Below are positions 1-15,049 of a stretch of DNA of 64,000 nt, piece after piece. Source of the stretch: the human T2T-CHM13v2.0 reference genome, Homo sapiens; NCBI RefSeq assembly GCF_009914755.1, contig NC_060931.1; one strand, 5' to 3'. Made by a program: the position numbers and the translations under genes. The notes under the pieces were generated by a model that was given only the letters and a program-made list of their open reading frames with translations, did not search any database and was not told where the DNA came from. Positions within the stretch are counted from its first letter, which is position 1. Each line of letters starts with the position of its first letter.

Positions 1-744
1 TCTGAGTGATAAGGTTGTACTTTTACAGCTTTAATAGATGCTGCCAAATGGTTTTCTGAGCTGATTTTTTTCAATTTATATTTCCATCAGCAATTTATGA
101 CAGTTCCAATTGATCTACATTCTTCCAACACTAGATATTGTCCCAGTTTAAAAAATTTTACTTATTCTGATGGTTGTATTTTGTATCTCACCATTGTATT
201 TTGTGTTTTCCTGCTAATAAATAATGTCCAGGTCCTTAGCCCAGCTGGCTAGGTCTTTTACACAGATTCCATCTTGGGATTTTCCATGGTAGTGATCATT
301 TGGATCCTCTTTTGTGAAGGATCTAGACAAATCTTTTACCTGTTTTGATTAGGTTATGTATCTTTTTTGTCAACTTTGGTGGATTGCAATGATGTATGTG
401 TTGTAAATTGGATGACCATTTATGTGTGGATCAGTTTCTGAACTCTACCTTTTCCATTGGTACAGTTTTCTATCTGTGCATTAATATCACAATGCTGTAA
501 TTAAGGTAGCTCTGGAAAAGTCTTGTGATCCAGTGGTGTCAATGCTCCAGCTTTAATGTGTTTCTTCCAGGTTGTCTTTGCTTTTTCTAGTCAATTGCAT
601 TCCCACCTGAATTTTGGAATCTTATCAATTTCCTTGGAAAAGTGTACTAGGATACCAACCGAGATTTCATTGAACATATAGATTGATTTGAGGATAATCA
701 AATCAAATGGTTTGATGTTCATTTAGTCTTTCAGTCCTCAAAGG

Positions 745-1423
745 TAGAATTGATCCTTATTATGAATTCTGTATTTCTGAATTCACCTACTTGCTAAAAT
801 TTATTTGTGTAACCTCAGAATCAATACTTGTGGCACTTTTGTGGTACCTGTGAACACACATAGTTGTGAAGAATGTATGTTGCCTGACAGGCATGTTCCT
901 GGCTGAGGAAGAACAAGGCCACACCCTGCCTTCTTGTTCCAGCTCTCATATTCGCAGTAAACAAATGTCCTTTTTCATAGTTTGTTCTTTTTTCATTTTT
1001 GTGGTTTTTAATGATAATTTTTCTGTTTAAAATGGCCTCCAAGTGTAGTGCTGAGGTGATGTTTAGAATTTCTAAGTGTAAGAAGGCTGTAAGAATTTCT
1101 AAGTATAAGAAGGCTGTGTTTCTCCATCTGCATTATGAAGAAAAGACCTGTCAGTTAAGTTCCATTCAGGCACAAGTTATACTGCCACTGGCTCTGCGTT
1201 CAATATAAACTGGATTAATGAAATAGATTAAATACTGTGTCTTTAAACAGAAGCACAAGTGAAACAAGGTTATATATTGACCAGTTGACAAATATGCTGT
1301 GACCAGAGGCTCACAGGAACCTAACACTCTTATTTCTCCTAGGAGCGATGGTCATTATTTGCTAATTCAGTGTTAGTGGTGACTTTACAGAATAACTACT
1401 GTGAATAATAAGAATTGATTGTA
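745..1423. mobile_element. TcMar-Tigger MITE, MER82-like
   Basis: Matches recalled MER82 (attcacctacttgctaaaatttatttg...gctgaggaagaacaaggc); degenerate terminal inverted repeats ending in TA. Confidence 0.7.
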
Positions 1424-1824
1424 TTTCCCTCTAAATTTGGGTCCTTAGTTCCTCTTAGTAATCTTTGGTCTTTTTCTGTGTAGAGGTTTGCACACGTTTT
1501 ATTAGATTTATTCCTAGGTGGCTGATTTTTTTATACTATTAAAATTTTACTTTCTGTTTGTTTATTGCTAGAATATAGAAAAACCACTTATTTTGTATAT
1601 TGGTACTATATCCAATGACTTTAATAAATTTATGGATTAATTCTAATAGTTTGTGAATTATTTTGGATTATTCCCATATATCATTACATCATTTGTGAAT
1701 AATTGCAGTTTAACTTCTTTTCTTCCAGTTCACTTACCTTTTTCTTTTCTTTGCCTTGATCACACTGGCTAGAGCCTCTTGTAAAATACCAAAGGTAAGT
1801 GAGGATAGTGGCTGTGATTGTTAA

Positions 1825-2199
<375 letters not shown>

Positions 2200-2467
2200 T
2201 AACATGTAAATCAGTGGACTTTAAGTAAAGCAGTTTGCCCTCCCTAAAAATGGGTGGGCCTCACAGCTGAAGATCTTAATAGAGAAAAGACTGAGATCCT
2301 CCAAGACAGAGGGAGCCCTGCCACTGGACTGCCTTTGGACTTGAGCTGTAACGTCAACGCTTCCCTGGTCTCCAGCTTGCGGGCCTGCTCTGCAGATTTC
2401 AGACTTTCCAGCCTCCACAGTCATGTGGGCTCATTCCTTACAATCTCTCTCTCTCCCTGTATATTTA

Positions 2468-2492
2468 TGTGTGTGTGTGTGTGTGTGTGTGT
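2468..2492. repeat. (GT)n microsatellite
   Basis: Seen directly. Confidence 0.95.
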
Positions 2493-4814
2493 ATAGAGAT
2501 ATATGTTTGTATGTGTATATACATTTTATTGGTTCTGATTCCCTAGAGAGCCATAACACAGTAGATATTCTTGTCTCATTCCTTATGTAATGGAGAAAGC
2601 TTTCAGTATTTCATGATTAAATATGTTGTTTATTGTAGGTTTTTTCTCTCCTCTTTTTGGTAGGTAGGTACTTGTTATCAGATTTACAAAGCTCTTTTTA
2701 TCCTAGTTTGCTGATTTTTTAAAGCTAATTATTAATAGGTCTTGAATATTAGCCAATGCATTTGTATCTTATCAATTGTGATGTTTATATATTTTTTTCA
2801 TATGCCCTGTTAATGCGGTAAGTTATGATTGATTTTTAAATGTGAAACCAAGTTTTTATTCCCAGAAACTTACTCATGATATATTAGTCTTTTAAATATA
2901 TTGGCAGCTTTGATATTTGCTACTTTGTTTACAAAGGGGATTGGCCATTTTTGTAATGCTCTGGTCTGGATTTGTTATCAAGATTACCCTGGATTCAGAA
3001 AAGGAGTTATTAATTATTCACTCCTCTTCTAGGCTCTGGAAGAAATTATAAATATATTGTTCATATTTCTTCTTATGTAAAACCTGCAGAATCTTAATTC
3101 CAGTATACCTTTTACATAGAGATATTAATAATTTGTTTTTTCTCGATCAATGTTGCTAGGAGGTTATGAATTTTATTAGTCTTATTGGCAAATATTTTGA
3201 CTTTCTTGATTTTCTCTGTTATATGCATTTTCCCCCCTATTCTCTTAGTACTTGCTTTTATTGGTACTGGCTCCTTCCACTTTGAGTTTAATTTGCTTTT
3301 CTTTTTCAAGCATCTTGAGATAAATGTTAGATCACTGATTATCAATCTGACTTATTTTTAACAACTCGTTCTTTTTATAGCATTTAAGATTATCAGTGTC
3401 CCTTTAAATCTATGTTAGCAGTATCCCACCAGTTTTGATGTATCATATTTTTGTTATTATTTAGTTCAATATATTTTCTAATTTTTCATTTTGATTTCTT
3501 CTTTGATCCATGGGTTATAAAGAAGTATTGCTTTCTTGCAAAATGTTTGGGTATTTTCCTGGTTATCTTTCTACTTTTTACTTCTGGCTTAATTCTAATG
3601 CAGTAGAGAATCTGCACTGTATGACTTTAATCCTCTAAGACCTGGTGTATGGTTATTTTAGTTAATGTTCTATGTGTCCTTGAAAAGAATGTGTATTTTG
3701 CAATTTGGAGCTATAGTGCTCCATATATGTCAAATAGATCAAGTTTCTCAAATAGATCAAGTGTTAAGAGCTTCTGTGCCCTTACTGATTGTTGGCTTGT
3801 TCTATCCAGTCACAGAGAAGATTTGTAAAAGTCTTTAATTGTGATTGTGAATTTGCTGATTTGTTCTTTTAGTTGTGGTAATTTTTCAAAATATATTTTG
3901 ATGCTATTAAATGCATGCAAATTTAGTATTGTTCTACACTTTTAGTGTCCTCTTTAATTTCTTAATGTGTATTAACTTAAAGCCTGCCTTGTATGCAATT
4001 GGTATAGGGTTTGTACAATATACCTTTTTTATCATTTTACTTTGAACATTTCTGTGTCCTTATTGTTTAAGGTATGTCTCTGAGTACCATTATAAGATAT
4101 TTAAAAATCCAGTCTGACAATCTTATTATTTAATGAGTAGCATTTTTTCCATTTATACTTCATGTAATTACTAATATCTTTAGATTTAATCTACCGTCTT
4201 CCTATTTTTTGTCTTATCTGTACTTTCTACCTTTTATTTTTCTTTCTTTTGTATTAATCATGTACATTTTATTTATTTTTTCCTCTCTTATTTTGAATAC
4301 TCCTATGAATTCTATTAGTCTTCTTTTAGTTGTTTTCATAGATTACAATATGCATATTTAATTCTACCTTAAGTTAGTGCTTTTAGCAATTCCGGCAAAA
4401 ATATAAGAATCTTATAACACTTCAATCCAATGCTTCTTTTACCTTTTTTGATATTTATCAGATATTTTAATTTTACTTAGTATATTACTAGTCTTACTAA
4501 AATCTTTAATATTCATTTGTACTTACCAGCATAGTTACCATCTCTGGCAGTGATGTTTTCTTCCTGTGTCACTGTGCTTCCATGGAGATCATTTTCCATC
4601 TGCATGAACGTCTCCTTTTAGTATTTCCTGGAGTGTACATGGTTTCACTAGGTTTAGAATTGTTGGTAGGATTATTTTATTTTTCCAACATTTGTAAAGA
4701 TTTTATTTTCTGGTTTCCATAGTTTCTGTTAAAAATTCAGCTATCAGGTTTTTTTTGGTCATTTTTTTTGAAAGTAAGATGTTTAGTTCTCTCTGGCTGA
4801 ATAGAAGATTTGTT

Positions 4815-4999
4815 TTTCTTTCTTTCTTTCTTTCTTTTTCTTCCTTACTTTTTTTTCTTTTTTCTTTTTTTTTTTTTTTTTTTGAGACAGGGTTCACTCT
4901 GTTGTCCAGGCTGATCTTGAACTCCTGAGCTCAAGCAATTCTTTCGCCTTGGCTTCCCAAAGTGCTGGGATTATAGGTGTGGAGCCACCATGCCCAGCC
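4815..4999 (-). mobile_element. FLAM/Alu left monomer with a T/TTTC-rich tail
   Basis: Single monomer gagacagggttcactctg...ccaccatgcccagcc after a long T tract. Confidence 0.85.
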
Positions 5000-6232
5000 T
5001 GCTTTTTCCTTTTTAAGAATTATTTTTCCTTTGCAAGATTTTCTCTTTAACTATAAGGTATGTGTGTGTGTGTGCATGTGTGCTTTGTATTTATCCTGTT
5101 TGAGCTTTTCAAAATTCTTAATTCTGTGTCTTGATGTCCTTTGTCAATTTTGGAAAATTTTTGACCAATTATGCTTTAAACAAGTCTTCTAACCCTGTCT
5201 TTCCCTCCTGTCCTTATGGGATTTCAATTATACATCCATTGGACCTATTCATCTTGTGCTACACATCTTGTGTGTAATTTCTACCCTGGGGTTTTCTTCT
5301 GCATGCCCCAATCTGAAAACTTCTACTAATCTAACATATTTCAATAATGTTCTCTTTTGTGTCTAGTATGATATTTAAACCTATCTACTGAATTGTTTTT
5401 TTCATTTTTTGTACTTTTTTATTTTAGAATTTTCATTTGATTTTGGTAATTTTTCTGCTAAAACCAGTTTCATCTATTTTTATAATCATAACTATTGTTA
5501 TTTTTAATTGCATGAATGACATGTAATAAAAAATAATTGCATCTCAGGTCTGTTTCTGGTAATTTTTGATTGAATAGTGGACATTGTGTACAAAGAATTG
5601 TTGAGGCTCTGGAAGCTGTTATCCTTTTCTAAGGACAATTTAATTTCTTCTGGCTGGCAGATAATATATGAGCAGATCACTGTGAAACAGGCTGGTCTGT
5701 CTCCATATTGCCCTTACTTCTAAAGTGTAGCTCTTCTTGGATTTTGTTGAAATCCTAGAGTGTCTACCAGTGTTCTTCCTTCTTAGCAGGCCCTGAAATC
5801 TGATTTTTTTTCTCCCCAGCACTATGAGACCTCCAACTTCTCTGCACAGATTTAGAAGCCATTATTCTGGTTTGATCTGTCTTACCCCTAGAATATACAG
5901 CTTAGGAGTTGGCAAATGCCTTTAGAGGAGATTTCATACAGAGTATCTTAGCTCATTTTTAAAAATAAAAATATATCCTTTTTTCTAGCAAATTGCTACC
6001 TAAAGTCTGGGCTTCTTATTAGCCTTCAACTCCGATTTTTTTCTTCCCTGTTCAGTGGGTCTGCAGCAAGCTCTGGGACACAGTTTTGGGTTCAACTTCT
6101 TTGCCCTGAGCTGCGAGGAGAAAACTGTAGCAAATAAGGCTTACCTCAATCTTTTTCTCTTCTTACAAAGATCTTGATTTTTCAAATCCTGATTCCTTTT
6201 CTTATTCTCTAGTGCTTTCCATAGTTGACTTT

Positions 6233-6825
6233 TTAAAACAATTTTTTTATTTTAGTAGTTTTGGGGTGCAGGTGGTTTCTTGTTATGTGCATAATTTCTT
6301 TAGTGGTGATTTCTGAGATTTTGGTGTGCCCATCACCTGAGCAATGTACACTGTACCCAATATGTAGTCTTTTATCCCTTGCCCCGCCCCAACCTTCCCC
6401 TTCCAAGTCCCCCAAGTCCATTATGTCATTCTGATGCCTTTGCATCCTCATAGCTTAGCTCCCACTTATAAATGAGAACAATGAGAACACATAATATTTG
6501 GTTTTCCATTCTTGAGTTACTTCACTTAGAATAATGGCCTCCAGCTTCATCCAAGTTGCTGCAAAAGACATTATTTCATCCCATTTTATGGCTGAGTAGT
6601 ATTCCATGGCATATACATACCACATTTTCTTTATCCACTCATTGGTTGATGGGCACTTAGGTTGGTTTCATATCTTTGCAATTGTGAATTGAGCTGCTAT
6701 AAAGATGCATGTGCATATGTCTTTTTCAAACAATGACTTCTTTTTCTGTGGATAGATACCCAGTAGTGGGATTGCTGGATTGAATGGTAGTTCTACTTTT
6801 AAGTTCTTTAAGAAATCTCCATATC
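6233..6825 (-). mobile_element. L1PB-type 3' end, 5'-truncated
   Basis: L1 3' UTR plus ORF2 C-terminus (ORF 6668-6889: LKVELPFNPAIPLLGIYP); degenerate TSD tccatagttgacttt / tccacaattgacttt. Confidence 0.85.
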
Positions 6826-7569
6826 CACAATTGACTTTGTATTTGATAGTTATTCTTGGTGAGATAGTTTTAATCCAAGTATTACTCATTATAAATAGGA
6901 GGGTAATTCTAGTGAATTTTGAGAAATTTGATCTTTTAGTCCTTGGTGTTGCCGTTAAGGAGTCAGTGTCATTTTTATTCTTTACCCTTTGTAAGAAATG
7001 TATTTAGTTTATAGTGCTTTCCATGTTTCTGTATCTTACTGGTATTATGTCTACTGGTTCTTCAGAGTAGAATGATAAAATCTCCAACATGACTGAATTT
7101 GACTGTTTCTCCCATAATTTCTGTTATTATTTTGCTTCATGTATTTTGAAACTCTATTATTAGTTGCATATATTTAAGAATTCAATGACTTGATGAATTG
7201 ACCCCTCATCATTATGTAATGTCCCTGCTTGCCTCCTCATACTATGTCTAGTTTTAAAATCTATCTTGTGAATGTAAATATAGTTACTCTAGCTTTCTTA
7301 CAGTCAGTGTTTGAATGGCATTTCCTTTACCATCTTTTTTGCTTTTAACATACTGTATCTTTATATTTAAGTATGGTTTTTGTAGGTAACATAACTTACA
7401 TCTTGATTTTTTCAGGTTTTTTAAAGATATATAACTGATAAGTAAAATGTTATTTATTTATGGAGTACAATGTGATGTTTTAAAAATATATATACATTGT
7501 GAGATACTTAAGTCAAGATAATTAACATAATATCTGGATTTTTCATCAAATCTGATGATCTCTGACTTG

Positions 7570-7660
7570 TTGCAAACACAAATTATTGGGCTGTTCTCTA
7601 GACCTACTGAACTGGAAATGTCAAGTGATTTTAGTTTACACTAATGTTTGAGAACCACTG
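7570..7660. mobile_element. MER5-like hAT fragment
   Basis: agacctactgaa...gtttgagaaccactg terminus. Confidence 0.55.
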
Positions 7661-10399
7661 ATTAAGGGTTACATGTACTTAACTTATCACAGTCTACCTT
7701 TAAATAATATTATGCCACTGCATGTATGATGTAAGAATTACGGCAGTATAATCTATTTCCTTCTTTCTGTTTTTTATGTTGTTATACGTTTTACTTCTAC
7801 TAGCTATAAATCCCAAGAGATATTGCTATAAGTTCTGCTTTAAATGGTTAATTAACTTTCCAAAAAATTTTTTAAAGAAGAAAAGTGAAATGAGAAAAAA
7901 TTTCTAGCACCCTTTCCTTCTTTGTGTACTATACTTTCTTCTAGTATCATTTTTACTCGATCTGAGGATCTTCTTTTAAAAGCTGTTTATTTCTGCTGGT
8001 AAAGAAATTCAGGTTTTGTTTGTCTACAGACGATCTTGTTCAATTTCAATTTTGAAATATATTTTCACTGAGTATAGCTTTGGTAGATTGATAGGTTGGT
8101 AGATTTTTTTTCTTCTTTAAACATTTTAATGGTAACATTTATTATCTTTTGACTTGCATTAGTTTCTGACAAGGAATCTGTAAATTTTTATTTTTTTCTC
8201 TGTATATTTTTTTCTGGGTGCTTTTAGGGTTTTTATATCAATGATTTCATCAATTTAATTATAATTTACTTTGATTTTGTGTCTATGTGTGTTTTTTTTT
8301 TAAATCTAGCTTTGGGTTGATAGAACTTCTTGGATCTATGGTGGATAGTTTTCATCAAATTTGGTAATGTTTTGGCCATGATTTCTTTCACTAATTTTTA
8401 TGTTTCTTTCTTTCTCTTCTCAGTTTCTAGAACTCCAACAGCACAGCTGTTAGAACATTTGCTGTTGTTCCACAGGCCACAGAAGCTTTTCTTCTCCTTC
8501 TTCCCCTCCTCCTCCTCTGTCTTCCCTGTTTTTTCCTTTTTACTCTCTGCCTTAGTTTCAATCCTTTCTATTGCTATGACTTCAGGCTCATTGATCTTTA
8601 TTTCCTTTTTTTTCTTTTTCACTTATGTAATATAAGCTGCAAAATAGTGGTGAACTATACTAAGGGGTATAGCCCTCTGCTGAGTGTGGTCTTTTCTTTA
8701 TTTTCCAAAACAGCCCACGTAGGTAAAGGTTATTTTAAAAACTTCCACCCCACAAAAAGTAACTTTTGATAGGTCTTTGTTTCTTTAGGGTTTAATTTGC
8801 TTTTAATTTTTAAAATCTTAGTGATTTTTGTACTCCATATTTTGTAGTTTTTTCCTTTTAGCTGTTCCATTTGGTTCTTTCTTATATCTTCTATTTCTTT
8901 CCTAATTATGTTCATGTTTTCCTTTAAATCTTTGAGTATATTTTTAAAAATTATAATAGCTGTTTTAGGGTTTTTGTTTGCTAATTTCATATTTTTTGGT
9001 TATTTCTGGTTCTGTTTCTACTGACTGATTCTAGTACACGTACTTTTGCTACTTCATATGTCCAGTAATTTTTTAACTGAATTCTGCCACCACTTTTAAG
9101 TCAGGAACCTTTCAGAGTCTCTCCTGAATGTCCATATATTTCTCAAGATCTGGCTACTCTGGCTGATGGGAACTGAGCACTGTATGAGTTCTGGAAATCT
9201 TCTGGCTTGTAGCTCCCTAGTTGTTTCCTCAGTTGTTTTTCTTTGCCTGGCCTCCAGAAATTTCATTTATGTGTGCCTGAATTTTTATTGATACAACAAA
9301 TTAGGGGGATGTTTGACCTCCACAAAAGTGGACTCTGTCTGTTTAGCTCCCCTCTTCCTGGTACTTTGCTCTGAAAATTCTAGCTACTTTGACTTCCCTG
9401 AACTTTAATCTGTTTCTTCTACTCAGCAAGATTGCCAAGCTGTTTTATTTTCCTCCCTGTGCCACAGTCTGAAAATATCCACCATGCAGAAAAACCAAGG
9501 TTATTATAAGAATTTACCTTCCTTCTTCTCCTCCCAGCTATCATAGGTTCTGCTTATTGATCAATATCCACAAAATTGTTTCATACATTTTGTCCAGTTT
9601 TCTAGTTGTTTATCATGGGAGGGTAAACAGGTATTCCTCAGGTGATGGAATGGAAATCATACTATGTTTGTGCTTATACTATTTGTTAACATGATTCCGA
9701 TTTCGTAAAAACCTGCCATTAATGTGTTCCCAAGTGACTTAAGAAAGAAAATCTGCTCTAGGGTCATATCCTTCTAGGTTTAAATTTACTGTCAGAGTTA
9801 GACTGCATCTTTAACTTGGGATTTAAGAAATAATTCTAAGGTTCACTCTGATTGCGTAGGCTCAGGTCATGGACTTATCTCTAAAGCCATCACCGTGCTA
9901 CAGGACTGCAATACTTTGATTAACTTAGGGTTGGTCACATGCTGCACTCCTAGTGTGGACTTTCTAGAGTGCGGGGATGGAAGTGGAGCAGGAGAGGAAC
10001 TCAAAATTAAAATTAAAATATTATGATTAGAAGGGGAAGACATGCTGGGGAGGCAAATGACCAGTATCCACTGCCAGTGTTGAAGGGTGATCCAGGCAGC
10101 TCTTGACCAGCTGAATGAGAATTACCATGGAGTTTCCCATATCTTCTGGAAGCCTCAGTTTTCTCATCTGCAAAATAATGGGAACATTGTGCAGATTTCT
10201 AGGGTCTCAAACTCTTTCATGTTTCATGGTTGACATCCTTGTTCAGAACCTCCTGAAGCTTTCTTCTTTGTTCTTGAGATTAAGACATGGCCCACAGGGT
10301 CCTGCATGTCATGAACATTCCCACTTCTACAGAAAAGCAGTCTGAAATTTGTTCAAAGGGTCGCCTTCTCCCTGTTCATTGCTCTTTAGTCATTACGGC

Positions 10400-10770
10400 T
10401 ATCTCACAGAGCCTTCAGAGGCATTAAAGCCTCCCACTTCAGTGTCTCACAAGTGCTTCTCCTGTGTCCAGAACACCCCTCCTATACTTCTCTACCTGCC
10501 TAACAAGGGTCAGGTTTCACCTTATGTGTCATTTGTTCAAGAAATCTTTTCTAAAAACTCAGTCCTGGCCATAAGATCCTCTTAAGGAGCTATAATTGCC
10601 TTCTAACTTATTTATTCATTAATTTTTGATGCTGCCAGGTTTAGTGTTGCACATTTGCTAGACTGGAAGCTCCATGAGGGAAAGAATGTGTGTGTTTTGT
10701 TCACTAGCGTAACCACGGCCTTACAGAGTACATTGCACATACAGGATGCTCAGTGACAATCTCACCCCTG
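10400..10770 (+). mobile_element. L2 3' fragment
   Basis: ctagactggaagctccatgaggg...ttttgttcact...gcacatacaggatgctcagt matches the L2 tail. Confidence 0.65.
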
Positions 10771-10799
10771 AATGATTGTGAAGCAGCAAACTTGCAGTA

Positions 10800-11030
10800 C
10801 GGTGCCATCACTAAGTTCACAGGCTGCTGGCTCAAATTCCAGCAGTGCTATTTAATAGCTGTGTAACTTGGGTAAATTACTTAATCCCTCTGTGCTTTGT
10901 TTCCTCATCTATAAAAGGGGGATCATCAGAGTATCTATCTGTTTGTGTGCTGTGGGTATCAAATAAGTGTCTAAGGGTTGAGAACAGTGCCTGCATCCTG
11001 TGTGCTGTCAGCTGGTGTAGTCCATTGCAG
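10800..11030 (+). mobile_element. MIR
   Basis: Core tagctgtgtaacttgggtaaattacttaatccctctgtgctttgtttcctcatctataaaa. Confidence 0.75.
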
Positions 11031-12698
11031 GTACTTGTTCAACATGAACAATGAGGCTGGAAGTAACCCATGCAACTTCCAGTATCTCACAGCTCCAGCT
11101 CTCCATTTCATATCAGTGAGGCCACACTTCAGTGTTTCAGTAATGACTCGTGGCAGGTCCCTGTACTCAACAGTGATCTAAGTGGATCTAAAACCACATG
11201 TCCCAGACTTTCATCCAACCCTTATGTTCATCTTTTCACTTACCACGTGTCAACACTGAGCCCCATGACAAACTGGAATGATCATGTCCTCACCTTCAGG
11301 TTGCAGTGGTGGACAGGTCAGGGACACAGGCCCTTCTTGTCCATCTACTTGTGGCTAAAGTGAGCAGATGAAGCCCAGGGTTTTCAGGGATACCTGGGGC
11401 CCAGGCTCAGTGGCCACCTTACTTTAGCTCTGGCAAAAAGCCTCCTCTACCATTGTTTAATGGTTAGAAATACTTGGGTTCAGAGGCTTTTCCAATGTGC
11501 TAGATAGCAAGGGTATAATTAGACATTTCCCAGCTACACGTAGCCGCTTTAATTTTGATGCTGTCTTCATCCTCTCACACATGCTCAGTAACCTGAAAAA
11601 TTTAGGCGTTCTCATCTCCTTTTCTAATTATTAGGGAGCATTATCATGGTTTGACAGGAATATCTGATTTTATGCATCTTGTCTCTAACAACTGCCAAAA
11701 GTTTCTAGTTCACATTCAATTGTAGGCTTCAAAGCCAGGTTTTGATAATACAGGCATTCCATCACATTTGCCTTAAGATTCACGGCACAGCTCAGGCCAG
11801 GGTTTGGTAGTGATTGTTAATATAAATCTACTTTAGAGATAGATGCAAGTACAAATTACAGAATGTCAGGGTGCAATTTGATTTTGAATGCTTTTTTTTT
11901 GCTATTATAAATAATGAAGGATGCTGAAGATGGTTCAGCATATTCTATTGGATATAATTAAAATCCCAAAGGTTGTGGTTTTTAAAAGCTGCATCTGCCT
12001 GTTGCCTGCTGGGATTTAGAGGTGACTGGAAGGTTTCAGGGCTGGGCTTTGTTCTAGTCTCTCTCTTTACTGATTTGTATTTTTATCCTTTTATGTATTT
12101 TAGAATAAAACACAAATTAGTTGTTTTAAAAGATAAGGTAAGTTTTAATTTTTATAAAACACTTCTTTGAGCTTCAATATTTACAAAAACAAGCCCTGTC
12201 TTTATCCCCCTTTATAGCAGTGCCCACCATAATTTGAAATTCTATTTCCAGCCATGGCCCCACCTCGGCGGCGCCCCTGCCCAACCGAGGTTGGCAGGGC
12301 ACTGTCCCAGGGATGTGAGGGCGTGGTGTCATCTCATTTCTTGGAGTGCTCATTTGTTCATATCATAAGAATTAGGTGTTTTAAGGCATTAGTGCTATGT
12401 GCAATTGAAAATAGTTTCTCCAGCTGCCAGTCTGCTGAGTCCTGCAGACCAGCTGTTTTCCACGACCACAGAATTGAAATTCGACTCTGAGTGGGGACAT
12501 GTCAGCTGGAGGCTAGCAGCTGTGGAGCAGCACTGAGCCACGTCTGACTCTGGATGTGGTCAAGGCTGAGAGGAGCCCTTGTTTAGCAGTTTTGGAGTGA
12601 GGTGGGCTGGCCCAGGAGCCTTCAGGGAAAAGAGCTGCCAACCTGTGCTCTCTGATGGAAACCCTGAGAGAGCAAAGGCAGAATTAAGAATGGGAGGA

Positions 12699-13115
<417 letters not shown>

Positions 13116-13146
13116 TCATACCATTATTCAGGAATCTATCTAATAA

Positions 13147-13465
<319 letters not shown>

Positions 13466-15049
13466 AACTTGCCCCTTTTAAAGAAAACATTTTTAAAAAT
13501 CTCCCTGAATTTGCCCACCATCAATTTAGATTTGCTGCAGAATTTGGTCCCAGGGAATGGCATAGTAAGGATGGCTGAGTGGGAGTTCCAAATTTCTCCA
13601 TCTTTTGGTCCTGCCTCACTTCTATTTCTATATGTGAGGTTTGCAGAGAGAGAGAGCAATCGCATGTCTAGGCTCTCTGAGACCCCTCTCTCTTCCTAGT
13701 GGAAGTGTAAATTTGGTCAGGAGCAGGTGGGTGCACAGAGGAGGTCCATGGGCAGACAGGTGGGGGTTAGGAGCAGCAGTTGGAAAGAGAGGCCTCATTA
13801 GGCACCCTGGATGCTGAAGGGGTGCGAGAGTGGGAGGGGCTTGGAGCCCCTGTGCTCCCCGCAGGCTTCAGCAGGGCTCTATGTTGAGGAATTTTGTCTC
13901 TGAGAAACCTGCTGATTCCTGCCAATCGCCACCCCTTCTTATTTCAGGATTCTTTGGCCTCTCTCCTCTTGTTGTTTTATGGACAGTGTGCCTCCAGATT
14001 AGTAACCAGTTCAGGGATGCCTGCTTCCTCCCCTGACAAAGAGAAGCCTTCAAGGCATTTGTGGCTTTTGAAATAGCAAAGACACAAAACGTTCGGCTGT
14101 TATTTTATCTTTGGAGTCAAGAATGTGGGCACGTGTTTTGCAGCTGTGAACTCTGGCACACGCAAGGGGAAGGTTTGAATTATGGGGACTGCAGCTCCCT
14201 GTCTTCAAGTAGGGGACAGAGAGGGAGGCACGTGGCTGTGCCTTCTGGATCTGCTGCACCTAGAGTCTGGGCCCTTTTGCTTTGACTTTAGTTATGGGCC
14301 TGCCACATTCTTCTTTCTGGACTCACTGTGAAGCCTAGCAGTGTCAGGCCTCAGAAAGATGTGCTGACCACGATGCCAGGGACCCCCCACCTCCCCACCG
14401 TTTCCTCTCTTCATCCACAGATATGGTGGCATGGTTCTGGGCCCTGGTGCCTCCACCAGGAAAGCAGAGAGATGATGTTCAAGCCTCCTGTGCACAGGAG
14501 ATAGCTGGTGCGATAGAGGAGAGGCTGAGTCTTGGGGGCTGTTCCACACAGCCGGCTTCGGCAAGGTGCAGCCTCCCCTTCTGCAGAGCAAGGATGTCGA
14601 TGGTTTTTAAATGGGCCATAGGTGGATCTAGATGCTTGGCCAGGTGACTGGCAAGTGAGGGTACTGATTGGCTGTTGACTCGCCTACTCTGATTTATTCG
14701 GCAGCTACCATTGTGTGCTTATTCTGGGTCAGGCACCAGGAAGACAACAATGAGCAAGACAGTCTCCTGAACAAACACTCCCGTGAGGCATTTCAGGGGT
14801 GGTGAGTTCTACAAAGAACACAGCGCAGGGGGATGGGATAAGAGTGGCTGGGCTGGGGTGTGGGCCACCCTGGTGATCTTGGGGAGGGCAGTGGGACCTC
14901 CCCTTCTCAGTGAGACTGGAGAAGAGGTCCCATCTACACTCACACCTTCCCCATCATCTAATGCAGGAAAAATCCTAGAATGCCAGCCAGGGTATGGTCA
15001 CGTGACAGGAGATTGGCCAGTCAGGTTCTCCTGATGAGGATTTGACTGT

